Assembly: GCF_021869535.1 (NCBI RefSeq)
Contig: NW_026262604.1
Span: 6,696,001 to 6,760,000 of the forward strand
Source: Mytilus californianus
Taxonomy: Eukaryota
Direction of reading: 5' to 3'
Length of the DNA: 64,000 nucleotides
The notes below the pieces were generated by a model, which was given only the letters and a program-made list of their open reading frames with translations, was not told where the DNA came from and did no database searches. Both the position numbers and the translations under genes were made by a program. Shown one piece after another: positions 39,055-53,049 of the stretch (positions are counted from its first letter, which is position 1; each line of letters starts with the position of its first letter).

Positions 39055-39814
39055 GTTCGTATGCCACATATTGAAATAAATTCCATTTGAATAAATATTT
39101 TGGCTTAAAAATGCCATAAATGAAAAAGTCCGCTAAACTGTTACATCGTCTAAGGTATCTTAACAATGTTACGTCATAAGTATACTCTCGATGTCAAACA
39201 TAAACATTAGTCTAAGACGTATTTATACTTTTCGTACGCTTCTGAATGGTTTAAATATTGACTTGAAGAATTTGAGGCACAACATGTGTCTTTTTGTATA
39301 TTTTTTGAGAAATTACATACCAAAAAATATTTGGAATTCAAAACGGTGGTTTTTTCTCAGTCACCAATAGGGATGGAGAATGTTATCCTATCCTATTATA
39401 TTTTTTGTTGTTGTCATAAGTAATCAATACTTGAAAAATAGATGAATTCGTTTATCTTTGAAATATAAAAATAAGATTAAGACTATTTCTTTAGATTATA
39501 ATTACTAGTATGTTTTTTTTGTCAGATTAAAAATATTTTCCAGCACTCCCCTTTCACGTTTTTTAATTTTTTTGTCATATGAAAAATATTAGCAATCACT
39601 ACCCTTTCACCCAATTTACAATATAAACTCATCCATAATCTGTATGGGAACTCATCTGTTAAGCTATTTAAAAAGTAATAAAAATCTATATAGACAAAAG
39701 TATGGCTAGTCCACCAAAAAAAGAAAACGAACCCCAAGTTTTAAAATAGAGTTTTCTGGAAGTAATGAAAAGAAGGCCGAGATTCTTGAAAAAATACTGG
39801 ACATTAGGAATATA

Positions 39815-40560
39815 TTGACTCAAAGGTTAAACAAACCTACAGGACATTTGCAAGTTTTAGAAACTTTATTCGAGATGTGGTGTAGTCAGGAAGTAGGAAA
39901 TGCATCTGATGAACAATTAATACATGTACCAGATCCTTTACTAAGTACCTACGTTAAAGCTAGGAAAAAAGATGTTAACCAAAAAATATTCCGTTGTGCT
40001 GAGGACTCACTTAACGTTACAAAGAAGAAGTGGAAAGTCATACCAGATACTGCAAAGACAACCTAAATATAGAGAAATGGACAACAAGAGGACATGTAAT
40101 TATGACAAGAATGAAATTTGAATCCTCTCACACTTTTTTGTGGTCTTCTTTGCCATACATGCAAAACAAGGGGTACTTGGTGAATAACAGAGTCCAACAT
40201 GGTCTGATCTGTAGTGGAATGTTGCCATCACATTATAAAAAGTTTGTAGATGGTGCAGGAATTGGGAAAATTAATAAGAAAAAACTAAATAAGTTCTTCA
40301 ACTCATATGACAACCACATCCAAACAGAATACCACAAGTATACAACAACAGCCTTGCTTGAAGATTCAGTCTCGTATGATGATGACAAATTTGAAGAAAT
40401 AGATATAGTCTAACTGACGCAATGCATGACTGGCGTAAAAACGCTAAAGATGCAAGTATTGTTGCGATTGGTGAGAAAACCCACAAAGTTTTATCTTGTC
40501 AACAAGTTACAAAAGCTGACGATGTTGTGTCTCAAAGACATGAACGTATCAGTACCGTTA
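39815..40560 (+). pseudogene. Decayed DDE-transposase-like ORF within a ~2-kb insertion
   Basis: Frameshifted ORFs 39815-40066 and 40030-40413 continue past a stop as EIDIV*TDAMHDWRKNAKDASIVAIGEKTHKVL...VSQRHE; the region is absent from the paralogous A2-B2 interval. Confidence 0.55.
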
Positions 40561-41080
40561 GCGTTAGCATATTTGGTCCTTTCAACTAAGTGACAAAGTG
40601 AAACCTGTCTCAACTCATGTTCATTGGGCAATCAGAAGTTGTAACAATGATCCAGAGAAAGTAAGGCAAAAACAGGCATTTGTTGTGTGATACTTCTTCT
40701 AGATGTAGAAATGATAAAAAATATGAACCATCAAGGATAGTTTTGAATAATCCATTAGTCGAAATTTGTTACTTGGAGTACTTTTAAATTCCAACTTTTT
40801 TAAGTATCCTCAGGATTGTGTTTTAGGAAAAGACACATTTTATGTTGAAAGTTTCAACAACGTTATAAACATATATCAGGATAAGCGTATTACGTTTGGT
40901 GACAAACAGTACAATTCACGTTCAAAATTGACAGTTTATCAATGGAATGACTCCTGAATTCATATGTTTCTACGACTCTATCATTGAAATTCTTCTGATT
41001 GTTAACTTTCTATTTTATCAAATATAACGTATAAAAAGATACAATTTTAGAATGGTTTATACCTCTCCAAAGTTTGAATC

Positions 41081-41377
41081 TCAGTGAAATAGAATCCAAT
41101 TATTCCTCTGACGTAATTTTACATCCGGGTCATTAGGATGTAACGTCGAAAGTTGGCAGAGCTTCCTGTTGGGTTTGTAATTAACAGAAACACATAATGA
41201 TGTTTTCATACAGTTGATAAAACAATCATTCATATAGGATACAAATATATCATGTGTTGTCATATTACGCTGAATTCTATAACCAGAAATTCCGCTGAAT
41301 ATTTTCTCTTTCATTTCACAACGTGACATCATTATAATAATTCCGAATATTAGTAATGTTCCCAACATGAATTTCAT
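41081..41377 (-). CDS. Secreted single PAN/apple-domain protein, 4-Cys type B (copy B1), 98 aa
   Basis: Signal peptide MKFMLGTLLIFGIIIMMSRC; PAN core DCFINCMKTSLCVSVNYKPNRKLCQL; NMT sequon. Confidence 0.8.
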   Translation of the reverse strand: MKFMLGTLLIFGIIIMMSRCEMKEKIFSGISGYRIQRNMTTHDIFVSYMNDCFINCMKTSLCVSVNYKPNRKLCQLSTLHPNDPDVKLRQRNNWILFH

Positions 41378-44074
41378 GTTTGTTGTTAGATTCTTAATAC
41401 TGCATTTTTAACATGTTTAATAAGCACTGAATATCCGTTCACTTGTATTTTTAAGGATGTATATACAATTATTTTAAGAGAACTTAACTCTGATGAAAAT
41501 CACTGGTACATTTGTTCCAACCATTTTTCATAAATCAATTTATATTTGAACCTTTTACCCTCAGTATTCGTTTCGCCTAAATTTAAAGGTTTGATAATTC
41601 TTTCAGATTAATAAAGCGCCTCTGTTGCACTAATCCTTGCCAGTTAAAAAAATCATTTTTTGTGAAAATATGTTGATTAGAATTCAATAGCACAACCTTC
41701 ATGCCATCCATGTAAAACATCTTATTACAACATATTTTCCTTTAGAATCAATTCAACTTCATTTCAATCTTCTATTTTCTTAATTAGTATTTACGGAATC
41801 AGTTCAGTGATCAAACTGCGGTATTGTAAGAATTTACACTAATAAACAATGTAGCGTTGTTTTTCTTTTTATGCTTTTTCAAAACAATACAAAGCTACGT
41901 GCCGGGAAAAATCCCGTCAAGTGTAAACTAGTTAGTAGTTAGTAGTTAATGCATGTATAATAAACGCATCCTTTAAGCGTAAAAACATTGGGTGAGTTCA
42001 ATTTTTCTTATATAACTTATCAGTCCGTATAAATTTGACATGCAAAATAATCACCTCCTGCCATACACTCATTCTCCAATGTATAATTGCCACTTCCCTA
42101 CATAGACCCTGTAATAAGAAATCCATTTTTTAGTTGTCTCCTTTAAGAGGAATATAAATTTTTATTGACAATGGAGGGCAAATGGAAAGAAATAATTTAT
42201 CTGTGAGTAATATGTGTAACCTTTAATGTTTTCAAATCTTTCAATAACATTAAATTTTTTGATAATCTGAAAACTTCTGATACCAGTAGTTATTTTCCTT
42301 AAATATTGGTTAAAACGCCAATACATGTATTTCACTTTCGAGTTATTATGCAATGCGTGGGCTGAAGCCATTTTTGTCCGGTATAGAACAAATCTTCGAT
42401 TGATGTTAAGATTGTGTAATAACAGAACCAAATCAGTAATCTGATGAAGACTCTGATGGATAGTTGTTTCCTTGGCAAGCATAACATGTCCATTCATTCT
42501 CTCATATTTAGACTTGGTAAAATGATTTCTTTCATTTATAATTCCATATGTCGACATATAAACATCTTCAGCTATGTATTCATTTTTTAATGTGTGGTCA
42601 GATATAAAATGTATTACTTATCCTGATTCACCCCATATGTCGACTGTGTAAATATCGCCTGCTTAAGCATGTATAGGGGAAGCGTAAGTATTTATTCTTG
42701 CATAGGCGACAATACTAACATTTTCTTAAGTTACCACTTTTTATAATAAAAACCTGGATAAACAGTTATGTGTGATATTAGTACTTTATTATTCAGTTTT
42801 GGATGGTATTTTTACCATCTTCGAACGGAGCTTGTTTATGGTATCCATGCCTACGGTCATTTTACATCAAATTTGTGTAATTTGGAAGCCTTTTCGAATA
42901 ATTATCAACAAAATATTTCGATATGTTTCAAAAATTATATTTCAAATATAAACACTGCAGTTATTCATAAATAAATACAAAAAATGTATTGTAACCTTAC
43001 ATCCAAAAACAGTGCTCCTACATTGACTTCCTTTGCCTTGGGTATACGAAAGGCCAACCTAAAGCCGAGAAAATGTAGTACTACTTTTTTCCCTATACTG
43101 TGACATAAAAAATATAAAGAATTCTTATGATACCATCAATGCAAAACTGATTTATTGTGAAACTATTTGCCATGAGAAATACTTGCCTGTCCCTATTACT
43201 TATAGAAACATGGATCATTTTATGTCCCCATCCCTACATTCTGGTTTAACTCTTTCTGTACTTCTTTCAGATAAAGCATGATAAAATACCTGTATCCAAT
43301 CCCATCTGTTCTTATTTAAAAAGAATAGTTAACAGTACTTTTAAACATATAAAAATAACTGTTCCATTCAATTTATATCCATTTAATCCAAAAAATCACA
43401 GCATAACACAAAATCAAGATTGGTCATACTTATCTCCATGCCATGCTTTAGTATATGCCATATTGTGGTCCAAAATTTCAGAGCTTGTTATGTCCATTAT
43501 TCTGTCTTGATATGATAAAGACAAAGATGTTGGACACTAAAAACATTAAATATGCAAAAAACACAGCTGTAAAATTGCATTTTTTGGCTGTATTTATCTA
43601 CAAAAAACTGAATTATGTCACATGGGAGTATTCATTACCAAAACATAAATCTTTTCATTACATGTGACTTATTCTTTTCGTATATGTAAGACTTGTGATA
43701 TCCCTCCTTAGAACACACTATACCCTTATGTGAGAGTAAAAATCGTCCTTCGTAGACATTATACGTGTATGTGAACCTTATTTCCCTTTGAACACACTTA
43801 ACATGGACGTGAGGCTTATCTCCCTTTATTCACATACCGATTATGAAAACTTAAAGAGCTTTTGGGACTGCCAATGAAATTACTTTCTCAACTCTTTAAG
43901 TTTAAGTACCCCAAAGACCAATAGACACTGATTTGAATAACTTGAGAAAAACCATACCGTACAGTAAGCTAAAGAGGTCATGTGATGATAATATTTGAAA
44001 CAATTCAAGGGTGAAAACCAATAGCATGATTTAATCTTAGAACAATAAACCTTTAAATATTGTAGCAGAAAAAA

Positions 44075-45020
44075 GTAAAATCACAAAAATACTGAACTCC
44101 AAGGAAAATTCAAAAAGGAAAGTCCCTAATCAAATGGCAAAATCAAAAGCTCAAACACATCAAACGAATGAATAACAACTGTCATATTCCTAAATTGGTA
44201 CAGGCATTTTCTTATGTAGAAAATGGTGGATTGAACCTGGTTTTATAGCTAGCTAAACCTCTCGTTCTATGACAGTCGCATACAATTCCATTATATTGAC
44301 AACGATGCGTGAACAAAACAAACAGACACAATAGGTAAAAATGTCAAAAATAGGGATACAGCAGTCAATATTGTGTTATCATGTTAATTACAATAAAACA
44401 AACAAATGTAACAAAGAAGCACAAAAAGGCATACATCAAATTTAAAATCCTCAGTTTGCATTTTTTATTATACGATTTTATTTATCTATGTAAAATCCAT
44501 CCATAAAGGATGGAAGGTTTTAAGTACTGGCGTAGAATCGCGCGTTTGACGTCACACAGGTAGATATAAAATAATTTTGTCGTTCAAAGTATGACGGGAT
44601 ACATATAAGTACAGAGTCACGTCAAATGGATATCACAAAAAACAGACTTAACAGTAAAAGTAATATTAATAAAATAAAATAATTTTGTCGTTCAAAGTAT
44701 GACGAGATACATAAGTACAGAGTCACGTCGAATGGATATCACAAAAAACAGACTTAACAGTAAAAGTAATATTAATAAAGACAAATAAAAGAATACTATA
44801 ACACGTTATCAAGATGATAAACAACGTCAGTACGCAGAATCTATACTTCAAGACCATCGTGTATTATTTGTGAAGTTGATACGGAATATTTATCAACAAG
44901 GTCTTAATTGGTACCTTCCGATGAACTTTTTTAGAAAAATGACGAAACGTTCTTTGACATACCCCTGGTTCATCAACTTTCTGCTCAGACACTGGTGACG
45001 TTTTACAAAGTCTGAGTAGA
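44075..45020. mobile_element. Retroelement-derived repeat (aaaatcacaaaaatactgaactcc family) with internal ~110-bp tandem duplication
   Basis: Same head at ~8030, 30535, 34560, 36720 and (inverted) 54480-54590; duplicated block at 44568-44665 and 44677-44778; Penelope-like coding remnant on the minus strand at 44900-45020. Confidence 0.65.
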
Positions 45021-45419
45021 AGCTGCAAGCTCTTGAATACCGAATAAGTTGGGAAATAGGCAGCAATCATCGATAATCACCTGATTACAGGCTCTTTACT
45101 TGTGAAGTTTAAGGCTCGGGCTAAACATGTCTCTAACTTAACCTAGAATAGTGGTATAACAGCATGAAGAGTATAACAACAGAATAAACTGTAGAAATCA
45201 GTTAAAAATTTGCAGGATTCATCGATACTAAACAAAAAACAATTAATAAACAATAGAAAGAACTGACCTAAGAGAAATCAGTTTCCGAATTTAGTTAAAA
45301 GTCCAATTTCAACTTGTTAAAACAAATAAAAAAAAAAAACAACGCACCTCCATGTTCTTCAATGAAACAAACTTCTATCTAATACCAACCGAAAATTTCA
45401 GACAACGTTACACAAGGTC

Positions 45420-47260
45420 CTTGAATGAAAAAACAATGTATCTATCACATGACTAGTTGTATTAGATTCGAGGCTCACTTCCGTCCGCGTGCCATTGAAC
45501 GGATAAATGAAATATGACATAACTTCTGTGAAATCAAGGAAATCTTTAAACTGTAGATCCCATGAAATATGACAACAACAACACATATTAAGTGCAAGTC
45601 TTTGTAAGAACCAGGCAATTAAAAAAAAAAAATCAAAACATGGCCGAAAACAAACCACCGACCTAACCATCCTATTTTGAAGCTACCTTCATCCGGAGTT
45701 AGAAATGGCAGGTCTTTTATTTCTGCGGGTCTGGTAATTCGAGAAATCTCTAGATAACTTTTGGCAAATTGCGGAGTTAGCTCCCCTTAATTGTTAATTT
45801 CTAGGGCATTTCAAACAAATCATATCTTGAATTACCAGAACAGGAAAAGGAAACAAATGTTATATTCGTGCACCATTATACATTTTGAACATAAATTAAT
45901 GTAAACTTGAGTGGGTTTTTGATTGTCATGTTTCACCACTTCCTGATTCTTAGGCAGTTTGGCACTTAACCAAGAAGTACATCTATAGGTCATCACAGTT
46001 ACGTTCTTTAACGATCGAAAACAATCATTATTGAATATTATTATATTCTTCACACGCCGTGTTTGAGAATGTTGACCCATGTTTGATATCATATTTTGTT
46101 GCTTACCGTTTAACTTTCAATTGTTAGGTAGTGGGTCTGAATAAAGGGAAGTCAAATTAATTTATTTGAGTTTCTTTCCTTCAACAGAAATGTTTTAACT
46201 TTTTATTTCCTGACGGTTAAGTATCTACATTTAGCTGTTGTAAACTGTCAAAGATTCATTTCAGCATATTTTCCTATACTTTTATTATAAAAACTGGATT
46301 TTGATTATTATATATATCAATTGTTATTTATGTTGTGTACTTATTCTGATTTTAACTTGAAACTGACTGTTTAAAGATAATATGTCAATCAGCATTTGAT
46401 TTGATTTGATAATAAATCACGTAACGAGTAGTATCTAAATGTATTTTGTAAAATTTGATAATACTCGTTTTAACATTTCACAATAGAACTGAAAAACCTG
46501 CAATTGCTTAGAAAGAACTGTTTTGATTTGGGTAAACTTTCATTTAACATTTCCACTGAACTGACATAATAATTCAATTCAATTTGGTAAATTTTGTTAA
46601 ATTGTCTAGTTTTAAAAACCGGATATATCAGATACATGTATCTTTCTGCAGGCGTCCCTAACTTCCCTTACACTATATATATATATATGTTTGTAAACCC
46701 CGTGTATCACCAACGACTTTCATTGGACTGCCAGTTGCATAATATTTCAAAGCCAATTACATTCGAATTTCTTCAGGTATAGCATACGACTATACTATCT
46801 ATAATTAATTCTGGACAATTTCATGCAAGAGTCAGGTATGAATTGAAAAACATCCCAGTTTTAATACTTTCATGATTTGCATATATCAAAATTAATTGTC
46901 ATTGCTACATTACATTGTTCATTGACATAAAATGAACAAAATATAATTATTTTTTATTCAATTTTGTTTTAAGATAAAAGTTCATTCCCTATGAAACCTG
47001 ACATTTTTTTGGAAAGTTTTTACCATTCAAAGGTTAAAACATTTACTGAGAACTGTGTTTCATAGCTGCGAAACAGTGGTGACGTTTTCCTACAAACAAG
47101 TGTTTCCGAATTTGCTGTGTTACCACCGTCAGAGTTTAGTTAAAGAGCCTTACTCACTTGCCATTAGAAAACTAAGCCCAAACACATGCGTGTTTGTTCA
47201 ACTAGTGATAACATGTACATTGATCCAGGGTTTCCGCAGTTATGGTGGTATTGGGAGATG
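45420..47260 (-). pseudogene. Decayed duplicate of FN3-CUB exons (parts of FN3-2, CUB-1 and FN3-1)
   Basis: 45440-45570 matches 20280-20410 (HISWDLQFKDFLDFTEVMSYFIYPFNGT); 46185-46265 matches 21528-21620; 47140-47240 matches 22665-22770 with frameshifting deletions. Confidence 0.8.
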
Positions 47261-50200
47261 GGCCACTGTGAATAGAGAGTATAAAGGGAACTCAAACTAA
47301 ATATGACGATGTCGACTGTCATTTTTTTCTAAAGTATTTCTAAAAAAAATTCATAACTATAATTTCCGACCGTGCGAGACCCTCATGGGAACCAAGGTCG
47401 TTAAACACCCCCATAGTAGTAGTTACTATGTTTAGAACAGGCTTTGTTTACAATATTTTGTAGGTTATAAATGCAGGTGTACCGTCGCTCATGCATAACA
47501 GGTCCTTAGTCTGCTTTAAAAAGAAACAATCAAAAGCAGAACACCCTTTGAATACAATAAATTTTGTTAAATATACAGTTGTACCAGCGCTCATGCATTA
47601 CAAAAACTGTGTTGGGAAAGGGTTGGACGCCCCCTTAAATGTCCAACCCGACCACAATCTGTATGTGCCTGTACCAAGTCGGGAACCTGTAACTCACTGG
47701 TTGGTCGATTGTTGCTCTATAGCATATTTGCTTTTTCGTTTATTGTTTTGTACACAAATCAGGCCGTTAGTTTTCTTGTTTGATATTCCTTACATTTGTC
47801 ATTTCGGGGCCTTTTGTAGCTTGCTGTGCTGTTAGGCCGTACTTTTACTTACCATAGCTGACCTCAACGTCATTTGGTGGTCTCTGATGGAGATTTGTCA
47901 AATTATACCACAACTTATTATTTTCATATCAGTTTGTGATAACTATTAACATGTGGATATACCTTTTAAAAAAGACAAGTTTACTGGTTATCGAATAATA
48001 TCAAAAAGTGTCTCTTAGCGGAATGGACTTTGTGTAAAGATGATAGCTCTAGAAACTTATATTATTTCTCACTACGGCTAGAACAAAATTTTTTAAAATT
48101 TAGAACACTAACATACAAGTGATCAAGTTTTAACATGTGAGCAAGTCAGTTTATCTTAACACCATTTTAACAATTGTCAATTTGAATAACAGCAATAATA
48201 GTGCTATATTTCCTGGTAATGTAGCATCTAGTACATCAAAATCCATTCATCCGTTATAAATCTCTTGGCATTTGACTTTATTCATTCTCTGAACTTCCGA
48301 AAGAGTGGCTGTTGTCGACCTCCAACTACATTTGCAAATCAGTCATTTCTTTACTACAGAAATGTTCAATTTATATCCACGAGAGACAAAGGCCGCGTTC
48401 ACACTGCGAATGCGAAACATATCTGTTGTATACTCAAGTTTTATTGTTGACATCTTTGAAAAAAAAATAATAACATTTTGAAATTGTTTTACGTCCATTC
48501 AATTCTATATTCATATGTCAATTAACATCATCAACTATTTGCAAAATAAACGCATTGATACTTCATTATCAATGTTCAAACGCTCAATTAAACCTGTTTT
48601 AAACTTGTTTAGGCCTCAGTGTAAATACCTCCTAAAAGAGGGACGAAAGATACTAGAGGGACAGTCAAACTCATAGATCGAAAACAAACTGACAACGCCA
48701 TGGCCAAAAATAAAAGACAAAAAGACAAATAATAGTACAGATGACACAACATAGAAAACTAAATTCTAAGCAACACGAACCCCACCAAAAACTGGGGGTT
48801 ATCTCAGGTGCTCCGGAAGGGTAAGCAGATCCTGCTCCACATGTGGCACCAGTCGTGTTGCTTATGTTATTACAAATCCGGTAAATAGCCTAAATTGAGA
48901 ATCAAACGTTAGGACAACACAGTTCAGTATTTACTTTGTGATTAAGTTTAATAAATAATGCTTCAATATCTATGATGAGTTTGCTTTTCAAGTTATATTG
49001 CTAATATAACGGAACTATAACCATCTATCATACAATTGGGACGTTTAGCAAGTTATATAACCAGGTTTTACCAACCATTTTTTTGTTGTAATGCTTGTAA
49101 ATGTCACGGACGCAATCACGAGTTGATTGACCGTTATGGAATATCCGTTTCAAAGAAGATAAAGGATATGTTCTAAATGTATATAAATTGGATATAATTC
49201 CTCTTATGTTTATGTATTTTAAACTCTGAGCGTTCTTAAATAAAGTTGAATTCATTGATGCGCAACAAAATTGGTATTTTTTTTCACCTTTTTCTAAGCT
49301 CGCATACTTATTTATATTTATCTTTATTTCATAAGCCACAGAACATGTAGAATGGAAGAGCATACACAGTATTGTCTATCAAATGGATGTATGAAACCTG
49401 GACCCGGAATACATAAAGTCACTTCCAGATTATGAGTAAAAGTATTAAATTTTGAAGAATCGATGAATCGTATGGGACAAACGAGCAGTACATCATTAAT
49501 GGCTGTCATTTCAACTGAATTCTTTCCGGAATAAAACCTTTATGCTTTACTTAACGGAAATACTTCAACAGTATTATGTGTTAATTTTAAATAAAACGTA
49601 TAGGTTTCCTTATAAAATTTCAGAAAATAATCATAAATTTTGATAGCACAAAAATATCTTAGTTGACTTGTTCTAAAAATCACTGATCTAATAGTTTTAT
49701 AAACTTTTTTTTAAGGCTCCTAAATAGCACAGACATTAATGAATGTATACGATGTTAACAAACGTAAAACTGATTAAAAAAGTATAACAAAAGTACCAAA
49801 CTCCAAGGTAAATTCAAAATGGGGAGTCCGTAAAACTGACAAAATCAAACACTATCAATCAACAGAACGAGTTAAAAACATGTCATATTCCTGACTTGGT
49901 ACAGGCATTTTCGGAAGAAAATGACGGGTTGTTTAGCCTGGTTTTATTGCTGCTAAACCTCACACTTGTATGACAGTTGTTTATAGTTCCGTTTTATTGA
50001 ATAAATTGGGTGAAATAATAGGTAAATGTGACTAGAATGGGGATCTAGCAGCCAACATTGTACATCACAGCTGCCTAAAAAATTCTGAAAAACATACAAA
50101 TTAATCTAATCAAGATTCTTCTTTATTGCATCAGCTGAAATTATACACATTATATATCAACGATCTCAGTGACTTGTTATCATAGTTAACCATGTCGTCA

Positions 50201-52048
50201 GTATTATGAGATAAAAGGCCTTTTGTTTGATTTAAATGATGGAAATGAACTGAATATTCATAGAACTTTAGTACTTAAAAGTAAAATTTCGATGATGTCA
50301 TTTTAGTTCGTAACTGACCTTCAATAAAGTGTGCAGCAGAGGTTAGTAAACTGTTTCTGAAGTTCATTTATTATAAGTTTGATGGGTTTAGATGCGGATT
50401 AAATTCATTATTATAGTAATATCTTTTTGTTACGTCACTGATTATTGACAACAGTAGTTTACTGATGTTCAAATCTCGTAAATCCATTTTGAATATAAAC
50501 ATCAAGTGAAATCAGAATCCCTGCTGGAAGAGTTTTTGCGTTTTCAGCAGAAAGCGTTATACCTCTAATGGATTGAGAATGTGTTCGTCGGTAGGATAAA
50601 CAACGCATATTATTAATGCTGGCAAAATATATAGAGAAATAGATGAAATAATGGTATATTATTAGAACATGCACGCGTTGAACTGAGATAAGTAAACGGC
50701 ATGTGATGGGACATATGAGAAATGGGAAGTGTTGGGGAAGCTGAAATTGTCATGTTTGTCATAAATCCTAGTTCTTAAGTTGTCCTGTGTCAATTTCAAG
50801 AAAAAAAAAAGACCCATTACATTTTCCACGTAATAAAAAGAATTTCGTATTTTTTTATTTATCGGAGAGTAAAATATTATTCCATTTCAGGTTATAGATT
50901 TTGCTGTCGTGTTTTCTGTTTTTCCTATGTTTAATTTTTTAATTAATAGAAGAGAAGTTGTAACGAAAACAAAAGTATACGCAAAAATCAATAAGACCTA
51001 TTGATTCCAAACTATTATGTAATTACTAAAAATAGACAATGTATTATTGAATTCGTACTTCAATGCATGTTCAAAGTAATCTAAATCTTGATCTAAGACA
51101 ATATACAATAGAACGCCTAATGTCGTTTTAACACTTGATTTATCAATCAATTTCGCTTTTAAGTATTATCAATTGAGTTTCAGTGCTTCTGTACTGGCAG
51201 GATTTATGACGTAATTTTCTATTATTCTCCGTTGATATATTTGGAAGATATAAAAAAGTAAAGTTCCAACTCTCTCAAGCAAAGTTGACCATAGACGATT
51301 TTGGCTATTCCTTTCAGGCCATATAACTCATAACGTTTCTACCTATCCACACATCATTGGTTATTAATGCTTAGGTTTCCGCATTTCTGATAAAGTTAAA
51401 TCCGGAAAAGCACTTCGACGCACGAAAATTATATAGTGTAATTTTCATCATAAAGATAAATGAATTGAATGTAAGCTTGGCCTTTGCCAATCATAATCTT
51501 ATATTGGCAAGGTATTAAAGAGAGTCTGGAGGGGGTTTCTTCATTTCTGTCTTCTTTATTTTTAATGCCATTTTCCTATTCTCTATTTTTTGTCAATTAA
51601 TCTCTATTTTTTATATTTTAGCAACCCATAATTCTCTATTCTTTTTATTTAGAAACCAATTATTCTCTATTCTTCATTTTTTTCCACATTTTTCTCTATT
51701 CCTGAAATTTGTTGCACATTATATTGCATTATTTGCCCATTATTCTGCATATTTTGGCCATTACTATCTATATTCTATAAACCCCATATTGACCCCCCAT
51801 GCAAGAAAATACAGCTATTTCCATTTTCAATGCAAACTAATCAAAAAATTATATGTTTTTGATTTCAACCATTATGTTGATGTAAAATCACCAATTGTAT
51901 ATTCCGCATAACACATAAAAAACACCATGAATCATAAATACTCTACATGAAGGGAATAAATTTTTAGCTAAAAGGAAATTTTCAGATGAAAATGTACCGT
52001 TTTTTTTATGATTGGAGACCAATAATATGAGGCCGGCGTTACCTGTGA

Positions 52049-52709
52049 AAGGGGACGAAGTCTGTATGAATTATTTTTTTTTAATTCAAACATATTTCAA
52101 CTTCAAAATCTGTTCAAAAAAGAAACGGAAATACCCTTACGTTTCCGATTTCGGTTCTGTTGTTCGGAATTTTAGTTGTGACGTTATTTATGTTATGACG
52201 TCATATTCAATGTAAACAAAGAAACGCTATCAGGGTTGCGTTCAATATCGTAGCGGCTACATAGGGCTACGTAGATTTATGACTATTGAACGTGTAGCTA
52301 GCCTAGCTGCTACATAGATATCAATAGCAGCTAGGCTAGCTACTCGTTCAGTAGACAAAAATCTACGTAGCACTACGTAGCCGCTACGATATTGAACGCA
52401 ACCCAGGTAACGTTTTTTCATATCAAGCCATTCAAGGAATTATTGAAAATGGAATTGGTATTGCGTTCCTTCCTATATTTTACTAGACTGATAAATATAT
52501 ATATTACTCAAAGACTCATGCAAACGAGACCGGAAAAAGGAAGTAGATTTCTGCGCAAATGCGGGAAAATAAAAAAGTCTGAAAATTAAAAAGTTAACGA
52601 TTTTGAGTTCATTAGTAGAACGAAAATTTCGGGAAATTTTCCCGATTTTTTTTTTTTTTTTTTTTTTTTTTATTGATTTTTCTACCGTAATAGGGGACTT
52701 CGTCCCCTT
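52049..52709. mobile_element. Insertion with aaggggacgaagtc/gacttcgtcccctt inverted ends and a nested ~172-bp palindrome (52233-52404)
   Basis: Absent at the paralogous site (~33425); terminal hairpin aggggac-ttc-gtcccct; poly-T tract at ~52646-52671. Confidence 0.7.
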
Positions 52710-53049
52710 ATAATCCAATTTTCAAAATGGCGGTTGCCCTAGATTGCAGACTGGTAAACTGTGAATAATATTTGTTGCAAACAAAACAGTCGTTTAAAAC
52801 AATTTCCATTAGAACAACTAATCACTGTATATACTTTCTATGCATTCGATAACTTGCTTTGAGTTTTCATTGTTGATGTAGTATTTCACTGCTGAGTAAA
52901 TATATGTCGTCTAAATGTTTGTTTGGTTAAGCATTTTACCGAGAGATAATCGGGAAAAGTATTTATGAGATTTGTTTGCTCGTGATAGTATATGTTGGTT
53001 GATCTAAACCCCGATCTGTATTCTCAAATATACCGGATAAGCTTAATTC

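Noticed and set aside
41904-41915. kappaB-like motif gggaaaaatccc upstream of B1
   Set aside because: Non-canonical 12-bp spacing and not conserved upstream of B2 (ccggaaaaacacc).
42162-42557. 131-aa ORF upstream of B1
   Set aside because: No recognisable domain, and the frame is not preserved in the paralogous 58370-58770 region.
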